A DNA stretch of 63,841 nucleotides, the filler included, from Bacteroidales bacterium (GTDB taxonomy: Bacteria; Bacteroidota; Bacteroidia; Bacteroidales; CAIWKO01), in assembly GCA_035389045.1 (NCBI GenBank). It is 3 parts of 3 records of this genome, joined end to end, with 100 filler letters (N's around TTAATTAATTAA, not from the genome) between each part and the next. Parts side by side here need not be neighbours in the genome. Positions count along the whole stretch, not along the records: positions 26,730 to 53,348 come from DAOORA010000063.1; 2 more parts are not named here. The stretch is one strand, 5' to 3'. The notes under the pieces were generated by a model, which was not told where the DNA came from, made no database searches, and saw only the letters and a list, made by a program, of their open reading frames with translations. Of the stretch, positions 40,813 through 51,080 are shown piece after piece; positions within the stretch are counted from its first letter, which is position 1; each line of letters starts with the position of its first letter. The translations under genes were made by a program, and so were the position numbers.

Positions 40813-41541
40813 ATGAAAATAGCATTAGTAACCGGCGGTTCAAGGGGCATTGGCCGGGCGATATGTCTGAAAATGAGCGAAATGGATTATCATGTTCTGA
40901 TCAATTATGTATCAGGTGAAGCCGCTGCCCGTGAAACCCTGGATCTTATAAATCAAAAAGGTGGTACGGGTGAACTGATGCCCTTCGATGTTTCCCGTCA
41001 GGAAAGCATCGAACAAGCCCTCGAACAATGGTTTAATACCCATCCCGGAGCATACATCGAGGTATTGGTGAACAACGCCGGTATCAGGCGTGATGCGCTC
41101 ATGATGTGGATGAAAAATGAAGAATGGTACGATGTGTTGAACACCAACCTGGACGGATTGTTCTTTATCACCCGCCGGCTGATCAAAGACATGTTGATCA
41201 ACAAATACGGACGCGTGGTAAATGTAGTTTCCCTATCGGGTATTAAAGGCTTGCCGGGACAGGTGAATTATTCGGCAGCCAAGGCAGCTGTGATCGGTGT
41301 CACCAAAGCCCTCGCACAGGAGGTTGGCAAAAAAAACATTACGGTCAATGCGGTAGCTCCCGGCTACATTAAAACCGACATGACCAAAGACCTCGATGAA
41401 AATATGCTGAAACAAATGATCCCGGTAGGACGTTTCGGAACCCCTGAAGAGGTGGCTGAGGTAGTTGGTTTTCTGGCCTCCCCGAAAAACTCATATGTTA
41501 CAGGAGAAGTAATATCGGTTAATGGAGGAATATATACTTAA
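40813..41541 (+). CDS. fabG: 3-oxoacyl-ACP reductase (cluster-associated)
   Basis: TGGSRGIG, NNAG, YSAAK, NAVAPG. Confidence 0.93.
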   Translation: MKIALVTGGSRGIGRAICLKMSEMDYHVLINYVSGEAAARETLDLINQKGGTGELMPFDVSRQESIEQALEQWFNTHPGAYIEVLVNNAGIRRDALMMWMKNEEWYDVLNTNLDGLFFITRRLIKDMLINKYGRVVNVVSLSGIKGLPGQVNYSAAKAAVIGVTKALAQEVGKKNITVNAVAPGYIKTDMTKDLDENMLKQMIPVGRFGTPEEVAEVVGFLASPKNSYVTGEVISVNGGIYT

Positions 41542-41665
41542 CAGGATGCCAGTGCCTTATGAAACTATATCGTACCTTTTTGCATAATAATAATGTAAAT
41601 ATTAATTAAATTATAAAAGTGATTGTTTTGCGGCCTTAACGGTCCAAACCATCAATAAAAACTAC

Positions 41666-42886
41666 ATGAACAGAGTTGTAATCACGGGGTTGGGAATTTA
41701 TTCCTGCATTGGGAAAAACCTTGAGGAGGTAAAAGATTCCTTGTATCATGGCCATTCAGGTATCGGCATTATGCCGGAACGCAAAGAAATTGGTTTTCGT
41801 TCCGCACTTTCCGGCAAAGTTGAAAAACCCAATCTCAAAGGTTTGCTTGACCGCAGACTTCGTGTCGGACTTGCCGGCCAGGGCGAATATGCCTACCTTT
41901 CCACCCTCGAAGCACTTAAAAATGCAGGTGTCACCAGCGAGTACCTTAACATGCATGAGGCGGGTATCATTTTTGGCAACGACAGTTCCTCCGAAGCGGT
42001 CATCGAATCAACAGATATTGTCCGCGAAAAAAAAGACACCATGCTCCTGGGTTCCGGCTATATTTTTCAGGCTATGAATTCCACGGTAAGTATGAACCTG
42101 TCGGTAATCTTTAAACTACGGGGAATAAATTTCACGGTCAGCGCCGCATGTGCCAGTGGTTCCCATGCCATAGGCATGGGATATATTTTCATCAGGCATG
42201 GCATGCAGGATATGGTCGTCTGCGGGGGAGCACAGGAAGTTAACCCTTATGCCATGGGGAGTTTCGATGCGCTGAGCGCCTTTTCCGTCCGGGAATCAGA
42301 CCCTGCCCGTGCTTCACGCCCTTTCGATAAAAACCGCGACGGCCTTATACCCAGTGGCGGCGCCGCTACTGTCATCCTGGAAAGCTATGACTCGGCGACA
42401 AAACGCGGAGCACCAATCCTCGGAGAAATTGTGGGTTATGGTTTTTCCTCCAACGGCGATCATATTTCACAATCGAATATTGACGGATTAATACGTGCCA
42501 TACATATGTCGCTCAAAGATGCCGGCATGAAACCCGCTGATATTGATTATATTAACGCCCATGCTACGTCGACCATCCACGGCGATAATTCCGAAGCCAT
42601 TGCCCTGGCAGAAGTGTTCGGCAGCAACATGCCTCCGGTAAGCTCCACCAAATCAATGACAGGCCACGAATGCTGGATGGCCGGCGCCAGCGAAATAGTA
42701 TACTCTACACTGATGATGCAAAATTCGTTCATAGCGCCAAACATAAATTTTGAAGAACCGGATGAATATTCCGTAAAACTTAATATCGTCAAAAATACGG
42801 TGAAAAAAGATTTTAATGTATTTTTGTCGAACTCTTTTGGTTTTGGAGGTACCAATTCAGCCATAATTGTAAAAAAAATACCGTAA
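41666..42886 (+). CDS. Beta-ketoacyl-ACP synthase (FabB/FabF-like)
   Basis: SAACASG Cys, NAHATST His, KSMTGH His, NSFGFGG. Confidence 0.95.
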   Translation: MNRVVITGLGIYSCIGKNLEEVKDSLYHGHSGIGIMPERKEIGFRSALSGKVEKPNLKGLLDRRLRVGLAGQGEYAYLSTLEALKNAGVTSEYLNMHEAGIIFGNDSSSEAVIESTDIVREKKDTMLLGSGYIFQAMNSTVSMNLSVIFKLRGINFTVSAACASGSHAIGMGYIFIRHGMQDMVVCGGAQEVNPYAMGSFDALSAFSVRESDPARASRPFDKNRDGLIPSGGAATVILESYDSATKRGAPILGEIVGYGFSSNGDHISQSNIDGLIRAIHMSLKDAGMKPADIDYINAHATSTIHGDNSEAIALAEVFGSNMPPVSSTKSMTGHECWMAGASEIVYSTLMMQNSFIAPNINFEEPDEYSVKLNIVKNTVKKDFNVFLSNSFGFGGTNSAIIVKKIP

Positions 42887-42892
42887 ACTCTT

Positions 42893-43144
42893 ATGAATAA
42901 AGAAGAAATAGTCAATAAAATCAATACCTTTTTAGTAGAAGAATTCGAACTTGAACCCGATCAGTTGAAGCCCGAAGCCCTGCTCAAAACCGATCTGGGT
43001 ATTGACAGCCTTGATTTTGTTGATATTATTGTAATCATTGAAAAAAACTTCGGCTTCAAAGTCAGAGGCGAAGAAATGGCCAATGTAAAAACACTGCAGG
43101 ATTTCTACGATTACGTGATTACCCGGGTTAATACCAACACCTGA
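42893..43144 (+). CDS. Acyl carrier protein
   Basis: LGIDSLD phosphopantetheine site; acidic, 83 aa. Confidence 0.95.
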   Translation: MNKEEIVNKINTFLVEEFELEPDQLKPEALLKTDLGIDSLDFVDIIVIIEKNFGFKVRGEEMANVKTLQDFYDYVITRVNTNT

Positions 43145-43161
43145 AAAATGCTGATGAAATT

Positions 43162-44061
43162 ATGACGCAGTGGGAAGGAAAAACACGCGGAGGTGTCGCC
43201 GGTTATAAATTTTTTGTTTTCATCATTAAAAATCTTGGGGTACCGTTTGCATATTTTTTTCTGAAAATCATTGCGTTGTATTTTTTAGTTTCAGCCTCCA
43301 AAGCATATAAAGCCATCTTTTTTTATTTTAACAGTATTCATAAGTACAGCAAAATCAGGTCTTTTGTGAATTCATATCTTAATTTCTGCCTGTTGGGTAA
43401 AGTTCTGGTGGATAAAATTGCTCTTCTTTCCGGTGCGTCAAACAGGTACACCTTTAATTTTGAGGGAGAAGAACATCTGAGAAAACTGGCAGAAACACAT
43501 ACAGGAGGCGTGCTGGTAAACGCTCATGTTGGCAACTGGGAAATTGCAGGTCAGCTGCTCGAACGCCTCGACACTACAATAAACATCCTGATGTTTGATG
43601 CCGAACATGAAAGAATAAAAAAGTATTTGTCAAATGTCCTTGAAAACAAGAACGTTAAATTTATCATCATCAAAAATGGCATTTCGCACCTCGAACAGAT
43701 ACGTGATGCCCTGCTTAATAAAGAAATAATAGCTATGAGCGGCGACCGTTACCTGCCGGGAAACAAAACGATATCGTGTAATTTTATCGGGCGTGAGGCA
43801 GAATTTCCTGTCAGCCCTTTTTATATGGCCGGAAAATATAATGTCCCTGTGGTCTATGTTTTTGCTATCAAAGAAACCTCTACACATTACCATTTTTTTG
43901 CTTCCCCCCCCCGTCTTGTGGAAAACTTTAACAATTTAAAATTCAGGGATATAACGTTAAAAAATATGGTAAACGAATATGTGGCCGAACTTGAAAAAAT
44001 TGTACTGAAATACCCTCTTCAATGGTTTAACTATTACAACTTCTGGAAAACTACAACATGA
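43162..44061 (+). CDS. LpxL-like lipid acyltransferase (APE/flexirubin-cluster type)
   Basis: WEGKTRG, AHVGNWE, SGDR, YPLQWFNYYNFW. Confidence 0.88.
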   Translation: MTQWEGKTRGGVAGYKFFVFIIKNLGVPFAYFFLKIIALYFLVSASKAYKAIFFYFNSIHKYSKIRSFVNSYLNFCLLGKVLVDKIALLSGASNRYTFNFEGEEHLRKLAETHTGGVLVNAHVGNWEIAGQLLERLDTTINILMFDAEHERIKKYLSNVLENKNVKFIIIKNGISHLEQIRDALLNKEIIAMSGDRYLPGNKTISCNFIGREAEFPVSPFYMAGKYNVPVVYVFAIKETSTHYHFFASPPRLVENFNNLKFRDITLKNMVNEYVAELEKIVLKYPLQWFNYYNFWKTTT

Positions 44062-45431
44062 CCCAAGAAAAAAACGGTATATTAATAGCTTCGCTCAACA
44101 CACTTTCAACCCCTTACCCGGTTTATCCTTTAGGCATTTCCTATCTCCACACTTTTATCGAACAAAAATTGCCTGAATATGATGTGGAACTTTTCGATTT
44201 CAATCTGGCAAAACAGGATGAATTCGTCCAAAAATTAGAACAATTTTCGCCCAAATATATTGCTCTTTCCATACGTAATATCGATGGAGTTAATTCTTAC
44301 GATCCGACCAATTTTATCAGTGGTTATCAAGCCATAATCGATCTGCTTCGTAAAAGCTATCATTATGAATACAAACTACTTATGGGCGGTGCAGGATTCT
44401 CGATTTTTCCGGAAACGTTATTTGAACTCTTAAAACCTGATTATGGCATTGTTGGCGAAGGTGAAGAAAGTATCGTTGAACTGATACAAAAGTTAGACAA
44501 AAGACTGCCGGTCAACGGTATAGGCGGACTTGTATATAAAGAAAACAACAGTGTCATTGTCAATCCCAAAAAACAGCACACTACGGATCTTTGCCTTGAC
44601 TTTGATGAATCACTGATAGATTTTTACTGGCGCAACAGCGGTATGCTCAACGTGCAGACCAAACGCGGATGCCCTTTTAACTGTATATATTGCACCTATC
44701 CGGTCATCGAAGGACGCATCGTCAGAACGCTAAGCACCGATCATATCATCGAAACCATCACGAAACTGTATCGTGACAGAGGTATTAATTATATTTTCTT
44801 CACCGATTCGGTATTCAATATGAAAAACGAATACAATATCGAACTGGCCGAAAAAATCATACGATCCGGCTTAAAAATCCGTTGGGGAGCCTATTTTTTC
44901 CCTAAAGGCATTACCGAAGATACGCTGAAACTGTTCAAAACTTCCGGCCTTACCCATATTGAATTTGGTACAGAATCTATCTGCGATCAGACCCTGGAAA
45001 GCTATGGCAAACATTTTACCGTTGAAGATATCATTCAGCAATCCGAACTCTGCAACAAAGTGGATGTTCCTTTTGCTCATTTTCTGATACTGGCCGGGTA
45101 TGGCGAAACAGATGACACACTTGCCGAAACATTTGAAAACAGCAAAAAAATCAAAAAAACAGTGTTTTTCCCATTCGTTGGCATGAGGATATATCCCGGG
45201 ACAAAACTTTTTGATATAGCTGTGGATGAGCATATTATTGACAGAAACGACCTGCTGCTTGAACCCAAATACTATATTTCAAAAAAAGTGACTGCCGGCA
45301 CCTTAAAAGAACGCGCCAACGACACCGGCAGACGATGGGTTTTCCCTGATGAAGAAATTACCGATATACCCAACAGGTTACGCAAACTTAGAAATAAAAA
45401 AGGTCCGTTATGGGAGTACTTAATAAAATAA
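44058..45431 (+). CDS. Lipid-biosynthesis B12-binding radical SAM protein (TIGR04072-like)
   Basis: PYPVYPLG, SIRNID, QTKRGCPFNCIYCTYP, FFTDSVFN; overlaps the acyltransferase stop. Confidence 0.88.
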   Translation: MTQEKNGILIASLNTLSTPYPVYPLGISYLHTFIEQKLPEYDVELFDFNLAKQDEFVQKLEQFSPKYIALSIRNIDGVNSYDPTNFISGYQAIIDLLRKSYHYEYKLLMGGAGFSIFPETLFELLKPDYGIVGEGEESIVELIQKLDKRLPVNGIGGLVYKENNSVIVNPKKQHTTDLCLDFDESLIDFYWRNSGMLNVQTKRGCPFNCIYCTYPVIEGRIVRTLSTDHIIETITKLYRDRGINYIFFTDSVFNMKNEYNIELAEKIIRSGLKIRWGAYFFPKGITEDTLKLFKTSGLTHIEFGTESICDQTLESYGKHFTVEDIIQQSELCNKVDVPFAHFLILAGYGETDDTLAETFENSKKIKKTVFFPFVGMRIYPGTKLFDIAVDEHIIDRNDLLLEPKYYISKKVTAGTLKERANDTGRRWVFPDEEITDIPNRLRKLRNKKGPLWEYLIK

Positions 45432-45434
45432 AAA

Positions 45435-45881
45435 ATGATAGCACAAGGTGATGATATTCTGAAACTTATCCCTCAAAGACCACCTATTGTCATGGTAGAT
45501 AAACTTATTTCGGCCGCTGACAAAATAACGGTGAGCGGTTTTCATATTCAACAAGATAATATTTTTGTTGAAAACGGTTATCTGCAGGAGCCCGGGATCA
45601 TTGAAAACATTGCACAGTCGGCAGCGCTTGGCGTAGGATATGTCTGCCAATCGAAAAACGAAAAGATCCCGGTCGGTTTTATTGGTGCCATCAGCAACCT
45701 GAGGATTTTCTCTCTGCCAGAGGTTAATTCTGAACTGTACACTGAAATCAAGGTAGAATATGAAATTGCAGGAGCCACGCTGATCAGCAGCAGGGTTATA
45801 TGCAACGGGCTTTTACTGGCCATGGCAGAAATGAAGATATTTCTTAAAGAAGCAAACGAAACCGTAAATTTTAAAAGATAA
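45435..45881 (+). CDS. Hotdog-fold 3-hydroxyacyl-ACP dehydratase (ApeP-like)
   Basis: LIPQRPPIVMVD, GIIENIAQSAA, GFIGAI. Confidence 0.88.
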   Translation: MIAQGDDILKLIPQRPPIVMVDKLISAADKITVSGFHIQQDNIFVENGYLQEPGIIENIAQSAALGVGYVCQSKNEKIPVGFIGAISNLRIFSLPEVNSELYTEIKVEYEIAGATLISSRVICNGLLLAMAEMKIFLKEANETVNFKR

Positions 45882-45885
45882 AATT

Positions 45886-46320
45886 ATGGCAGAAGACAAC
45901 AAGGACAAAACCAACAAAAGCCGCATAGTGGACGCCGAAAACATTGATGTTGATTATAATTTCAGGATCACACATTATAAAATGGATGAAAACGGTAATT
46001 ATACTCATCAGCTGGCCTCAGAATGGGGTGGCCGTATGCCTGTGGTAAACCAGAGCTGGGAAATTTTTAAAGAAAGGACGAGTATAGCCAAAAAAAAAGT
46101 TATAGCAGGAGAATTAAGCCCTATTGGCTATTATATGGAAAAATGCATTTCGGATATAAATACTCTTGCTCTATATACAGGTATTGCCAAATGGAGGGTA
46201 AAAAGACACATGAAAGTAAAGGTTTTTAAGAAGCTCAAAGATAAAACCCTGAAACATTATGCTGATTTTTTTGGAATATCCATTGCCGAATTAAAAGATG
46301 TTGAACATTTAAAACAATAA
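45886..46320 (+). CDS. Hypothetical HTH-like protein (copy 2)
   Basis: GELSPIGYYME...LALYTG..KWRVKRH...LKHYADFF. Confidence 0.7.
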   Translation: MAEDNKDKTNKSRIVDAENIDVDYNFRITHYKMDENGNYTHQLASEWGGRMPVVNQSWEIFKERTSIAKKKVIAGELSPIGYYMEKCISDINTLALYTGIAKWRVKRHMKVKVFKKLKDKTLKHYADFFGISIAELKDVEHLKQ

Positions 46321-46335
46321 ACACAGGAGCCCCCT

Positions 46336-47340
46336 ATGAAGTTAAATTTTGACCATATGCAGCTTTCTGCCCATTGTGAAAGCGGCGCTACTGCAAACAT
46401 GCTGGGATATTATAAAATTAAAATTACTGAACCGATGGTTTTTGGCATAGGTGCCGGTTATTATTTCGGGCATCTTCCGTTCATGAAAATGAATTTTTCC
46501 CCGGCTACAACCTTTAGGGCTTTACCTGGCCGTGTGTTCAGCAAAACCTGTAAAAACCTTGGCATTTCATACGTACGTAATACCTACCGCAACCCTAAAC
46601 AGGCTATGGACGAACTCGACCGCGTACTCGATCAGGGCATACCTGTAGGCATACAAGTGGGAGTCTTTCATCTGCCATTTTTTCCGCCCGAATATCGCAT
46701 GCATTACAACATGCATAATATGGTAGTTTATGGAAAAGAAAATCACGCCTATTGGATTGCCGACAGTGTCATAGAAGGAGAAAACATAATCTCTTATGAA
46801 GACCTCATGAGGGTGCGTTATGCAAAAGGTGCTTTTGCCCCTGAAGGAAAAATGTATTATATGACAAAAATCCCCGAAACTGTTGATTTTAAAGTGCCGG
46901 CTGTAAAAGGAATAAAAAAAACCTGTCACGAAATGCTTGATGTGCCCTTCTGGATGATCGGCATCAAGGGTATAAGGTTTTTTGCCAGACAACTGCGAAA
47001 ATGGCCACAAAAAAAAGGGAACAAAATTGCTTCCCAGTACCTTATGCAATCTATCCTCAACCTGGAGGAAATTGGAACAGGAGGAGCAGGATACCGGTTT
47101 ATCTATGGAGCCTTTTTAAATGAAGCCGCTGACCTGCTTCAACATGAAGAACTGAAAGAGCTTTCCATCGAAATGGGAAAAGCGGGCGACCGCTGGCGTA
47201 ATTTTTCGTACCTCGGCGCCCGCAACTGCAAAAACAGATATGAGCCCGAATTCTCTTATGACCAGCTTGCAGACATCATTTCAGACTGTGCCGACCGTGA
47301 GGAAAAAATCTTCCGCAAGCTCAAAAAAATTAAATTTTAA
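46336..47340 (+). CDS. BtrH N-terminal/DUF4872 papain-like acyltransferase or peptidase (copy 2)
   Basis: SAHCESG, HYNMHN, WIAD, EEIGTGGAGYRFIY. Confidence 0.85.
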   Translation: MKLNFDHMQLSAHCESGATANMLGYYKIKITEPMVFGIGAGYYFGHLPFMKMNFSPATTFRALPGRVFSKTCKNLGISYVRNTYRNPKQAMDELDRVLDQGIPVGIQVGVFHLPFFPPEYRMHYNMHNMVVYGKENHAYWIADSVIEGENIISYEDLMRVRYAKGAFAPEGKMYYMTKIPETVDFKVPAVKGIKKTCHEMLDVPFWMIGIKGIRFFARQLRKWPQKKGNKIASQYLMQSILNLEEIGTGGAGYRFIYGAFLNEAADLLQHEELKELSIEMGKAGDRWRNFSYLGARNCKNRYEPEFSYDQLADIISDCADREEKIFRKLKKIKF

Positions 47341-47401
47341 TCCTCACTTCCCTCCAATTATTTACTTTTGTTCCCTCATACAACTTTCCTCACCTTAAAT
47401 A

Positions 47402-48154
47402 ATGAGCGAAAACGCTATAATAGAGATAGTTAATCTTTCAAAGACCTACAGAGGTTCCGACAGGCCGGCAGTAGATCATGTTTCGCTTACGATACGGCAA
47501 AATGAAATTTTCGGACTGCTCGGCCCGAATGGTGCAGGCAAAACCACCACCATATCTATTTTATGCGGCCTTTTTGCCCCCTCAGCAGGCGAGGTATATA
47601 TCGATGGCTTATCGGTAAAAAGCGACAAAGAAAAAATTAAAAACATAATCGGCATTGTCCCTCAGGATATTGCACTGTATCCAAGTCTAACCGCATACGA
47701 AAACCTTCGTTTTATCGGCAGGATGTACGGGCTGAAGGGAGCAGTGCTGAAACAGCGCATCGGTATGTATGTCGAACTACTGGGATTACAGGACAGTCTG
47801 AGAAAAAAAATCAATACCTTCTCCGGAGGAATGAAAAGAAGAATAAACCTGGTAGCCGGCCTGTTGCATAACCCCAGGATAGTGATTCTCGATGAACCCA
47901 CCGTAGGCGTCGACGTGCAGTCAAGGAACCTGATGGTGCAATACCTCGGTGAACTGAATAAAACCGGGACAACTATTATTTATACATCACATTATCTTCA
48001 GGAAGCCGAATGTCTGTGTTCAAGGGTGGCTTTTATGGATAACGGAAAGATCATAATCAAAGGTTCCCCGAAGGAGCTTATCAGTCAAACGCCCGGCTGC
48101 CAGACACTGGAGGAAGTTTTTCTGAAACTGACCGGAATAGATTTGAGGGATTAA
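47402..48154 (+). CDS. ABC transporter ATP-binding protein
   Basis: GPNGAGKTT, FSGGMKRR, ILDEPT. Confidence 0.95.
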   Translation: MSENAIIEIVNLSKTYRGSDRPAVDHVSLTIRQNEIFGLLGPNGAGKTTTISILCGLFAPSAGEVYIDGLSVKSDKEKIKNIIGIVPQDIALYPSLTAYENLRFIGRMYGLKGAVLKQRIGMYVELLGLQDSLRKKINTFSGGMKRRINLVAGLLHNPRIVILDEPTVGVDVQSRNLMVQYLGELNKTGTTIIYTSHYLQEAECLCSRVAFMDNGKIIIKGSPKELISQTPGCQTLEEVFLKLTGIDLRD

Positions 48155-48164
48155 TTGACCTGAT

Positions 48165-49451
48165 ATGAACAAGTTTTTTGCATCATTTGTTAAAGAAGTG
48201 CTACTGCTTATCCGCGACAGAGCCGGTATGATTTCGCTTTTTATTATGCCCATTATACTGGTGTTTGTAATGACGGTTATTGAAGACAGCGCCCTCAACG
48301 CCACTGCCGACAAGCAAATATCCATGCTGTTCTCCAACCCTCAAAACGACAGCCTGGGAATAGCCATAAAAAATGGTCTTGAAGACACTAAAGCTTTTAC
48401 CATCCTCGAATCGGTCGACGGCAAAGCCCTTGACAAACAATCGCTTGAACACTATGTTTCCGCTGGAAAGTATCCAGTCGGAATTTATATCCCCGAAGGC
48501 GCCACCGACACCCTCCGTAGCAACGCCCGCAAAGTGGTCATGAAAACTTTTGCCGAAATCGGACTCACCTCCGGCGAAACAAAAACCTACGACTTCGACT
48601 CTGTGGTTATCAATATTTTTTATGACCCTGCCGTCAGAAACTCACTGAAAGCTTTGGTAGATGGCGCCATTGGTCAACATTCAGCCAATATCGTCGGGAA
48701 AATGATTTCCGAAATGTACTCCGAGATACTCTCAGACTTCCTGCCTGGCGAAAAAAAACTGAATGTCAATTATCCCACCATGATTACAGTGAATAAACAA
48801 TACGCCTCCGAGCCCGACAACACCATTATTCCTAACTCCACACAACACAACGTACCTTCCTGGACACTGTTCGCCATGTTTTTCATCGTAATACCATTGG
48901 CTTCCAGTATTATACAGGAAAAAGACGGCGGCACTTATATGCGCCTGGTAACCATGCCTAAAACCTATGTTACGACATTTATCGGAAAAATGGTCGTTTA
49001 TTTTATCGTATGCCTTCTGCAGGTAATCATATTATTCAGCATGGGTGTTTATCTTATTCCTTTGGCTGGCATCCCGGGACTTCAGCTTGGCACCCACTTC
49101 GACGCCCTGGTCATTGCGGTGCTGGCTTCGGCCTTTGCTGCCGTGGCCTTTGGGGTGATGATGGGCTCGTTTTGCACAAGTTACCAGCAGGCAGCTTCTG
49201 TTGGCGTTATCCTCATCATAATACTGGCTTCATTCGGCGGACTGTGGATGCCGGTTTACCTGATGCCCAAAAACATGCAGGGTTTGCTCGGATACTCTCC
49301 CATGAACTGGGCATTGACCAACTTCTATGACCTTTTCCTGCGAAATGCCGGAATCAAAGACATTTTGCCCAATGTTTTCAAATTATTCCTCTTTGGCACT
49401 GGATGCTTTATAGTAGGTTTCGGATATAAAGCCTTAAAAAAAGTAAAATAA
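48165..49451 (+). CDS. ABC-2 type exporter permease
   Basis: KEVLLLIRD, QHNVPSWTLFAMFFIVIPLA, FGGLWMP, SPMNW. Confidence 0.9.
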   Translation: MNKFFASFVKEVLLLIRDRAGMISLFIMPIILVFVMTVIEDSALNATADKQISMLFSNPQNDSLGIAIKNGLEDTKAFTILESVDGKALDKQSLEHYVSAGKYPVGIYIPEGATDTLRSNARKVVMKTFAEIGLTSGETKTYDFDSVVINIFYDPAVRNSLKALVDGAIGQHSANIVGKMISEMYSEILSDFLPGEKKLNVNYPTMITVNKQYASEPDNTIIPNSTQHNVPSWTLFAMFFIVIPLASSIIQEKDGGTYMRLVTMPKTYVTTFIGKMVVYFIVCLLQVIILFSMGVYLIPLAGIPGLQLGTHFDALVIAVLASAFAAVAFGVMMGSFCTSYQQAASVGVILIIILASFGGLWMPVYLMPKNMQGLLGYSPMNWALTNFYDLFLRNAGIKDILPNVFKLFLFGTGCFIVGFGYKALKKVK

Positions 49452-49870
49452 TGACCCTTAAGGAGTTAACAAAAATAAACGTCCGTTTCCATGAAGTAGA
49501 TTCTTTGCGTATTGTATGGCACGGCCATTATCTGAAATACTTCGAGGACGGACGTGAAGCCTTTGGACGAAAATATGGTATCGGATATATGGATGTGTTC
49601 GGCTTTGGAATGATGACGCCTTTGGTCAAAGTGTCCTGCGATTACAAGAAACCCGTTAAATATGATGATAAAATCATACTTGAAACAAGATTTGTTGATA
49701 CTAAAGCGGCCAAGATCATATTTAAATTTACCTTGTTTAACGAAGATACCAGGGAAGTGCATGCTGCCGGCGAGAGTACGCAGGTCTTTCTGAACCAGGC
49801 CGGCGAGCTGATGTTGACGCCCCCTGATTTTTTTATTGAATGGAAAAAGACCTGGGGACTGATTGGCTGA
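49451..49870 (+). CDS. Acyl-CoA/ACP thioesterase (YbgC/ApeK-like)
   Basis: VRFHEVDSLRIVWHGHYLKYFEDGRE. Confidence 0.92.
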   Translation: MTLKELTKINVRFHEVDSLRIVWHGHYLKYFEDGREAFGRKYGIGYMDVFGFGMMTPLVKVSCDYKKPVKYDDKIILETRFVDTKAAKIIFKFTLFNEDTREVHAAGESTQVFLNQAGELMLTPPDFFIEWKKTWGLIG

Positions 49871-49922
49871 AAATGAGCACACATAAAAATTTTTAATACT
49901 TTTGCTCCCTAATTTCTGTAAG

Positions 49923-51080
49923 ATGCACGATGTTTATGTAAGTGGCGAAAATGTAATCACTTCACTGGGGTTCACTATTGAAGAGAACATAGAGAATATA
50001 AGAAATGATGTCACTGGTGTCCGGCTGCGCGGGGATAAAAAACTGTTTCCTGAAGATTTTTTTGCATCCATAATTGATAGCCAGCAACTTGATCGTGAAT
50101 TTCACTCACCGGAACATAAGCCTGATTTTACCCGATTCGAAAAAATAATGATATGCTCTGCAGAAAAAGCCCTTGCAGAAAACACTCACATTGACGCATC
50201 ATCCGAAAAAACCATTTTTGTCATATCATCCACCAAAGGCAATATTGATCTGCTCGAAGAAGATAAAAAAATCCTTTTTGAACCGGATAGAGTTTACCTC
50301 TGGAAATCTGCAGAAATCATTGCGGAGTATTTCGGGAATAAAAACAAGCCCGTGGTCATATCAAACGCCTGTGTATCAGGTGTTTTAGCTATTTCTACGG
50401 CAAGCGAAATGCTAAGATCCGGATGGTATAACCATGCTGTGGTTATAGGCGGCGATATAGTTACTGAGTTTGTTGTTTCCGGCTTTCAGTCGTTTAAATC
50501 ACTGAGCTTCGGGCCATGCAAACCCTTTGACCTGAACCGCGACGGACTCAACCTTGGCGAAGGAGCAGGCACCATCCTCATGACTACCCGTAAGGAAGCT
50601 CTTCCAAAAGGTGCAATCATAAAAGTTTTGGGAGGCGCCTGCAATAATGATGCAAACCATATCTCCGGTCCCTCACGCACCGGCGAAGGCTTAATGCTTG
50701 CCGTGACACGTGCTATGAAGAATTCCGGCCTCACCGCAGAACAGATTGATTTTATTTCGGCTCACGGAACGGCAACACCCTATAACGATGAAATGGAATC
50801 CAAAGCATTCAGCGCTGCCGGACTGTGCCATGTTCCACTCAACAGCCTGAAAGGTTATTTCGGCCATACACTTGGCGCCGCAGGCATCATAGAATCAGCC
50901 ATAGCCATACAGGGAATGAAACAAAATATACTATTCAAAACCATGGGATACAGTGAGTTGGGTGTAACTGAAAAAATATCGGTCGTAGACAGGCTGACCG
51001 AGAAAACACAAAAATACATTGTAAAAACTGCCTCAGGTTTCGGAGGATGCAACGCTGCCGTAATACTTGAGAAACTATGA
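49923..51080 (+). CDS. Beta-ketoacyl-ACP synthase
   Basis: SNACVSG, SAHGTAT, KGYFGHT, SGFGG. -7 element TACTTTTG at 49897 supports ATG49923. Confidence 0.92.
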   Translation: MHDVYVSGENVITSLGFTIEENIENIRNDVTGVRLRGDKKLFPEDFFASIIDSQQLDREFHSPEHKPDFTRFEKIMICSAEKALAENTHIDASSEKTIFVISSTKGNIDLLEEDKKILFEPDRVYLWKSAEIIAEYFGNKNKPVVISNACVSGVLAISTASEMLRSGWYNHAVVIGGDIVTEFVVSGFQSFKSLSFGPCKPFDLNRDGLNLGEGAGTILMTTRKEALPKGAIIKVLGGACNNDANHISGPSRTGEGLMLAVTRAMKNSGLTAEQIDFISAHGTATPYNDEMESKAFSAAGLCHVPLNSLKGYFGHTLGAAGIIESAIAIQGMKQNILFKTMGYSELGVTEKISVVDRLTEKTQKYIVKTASGFGGCNAAVILEKL

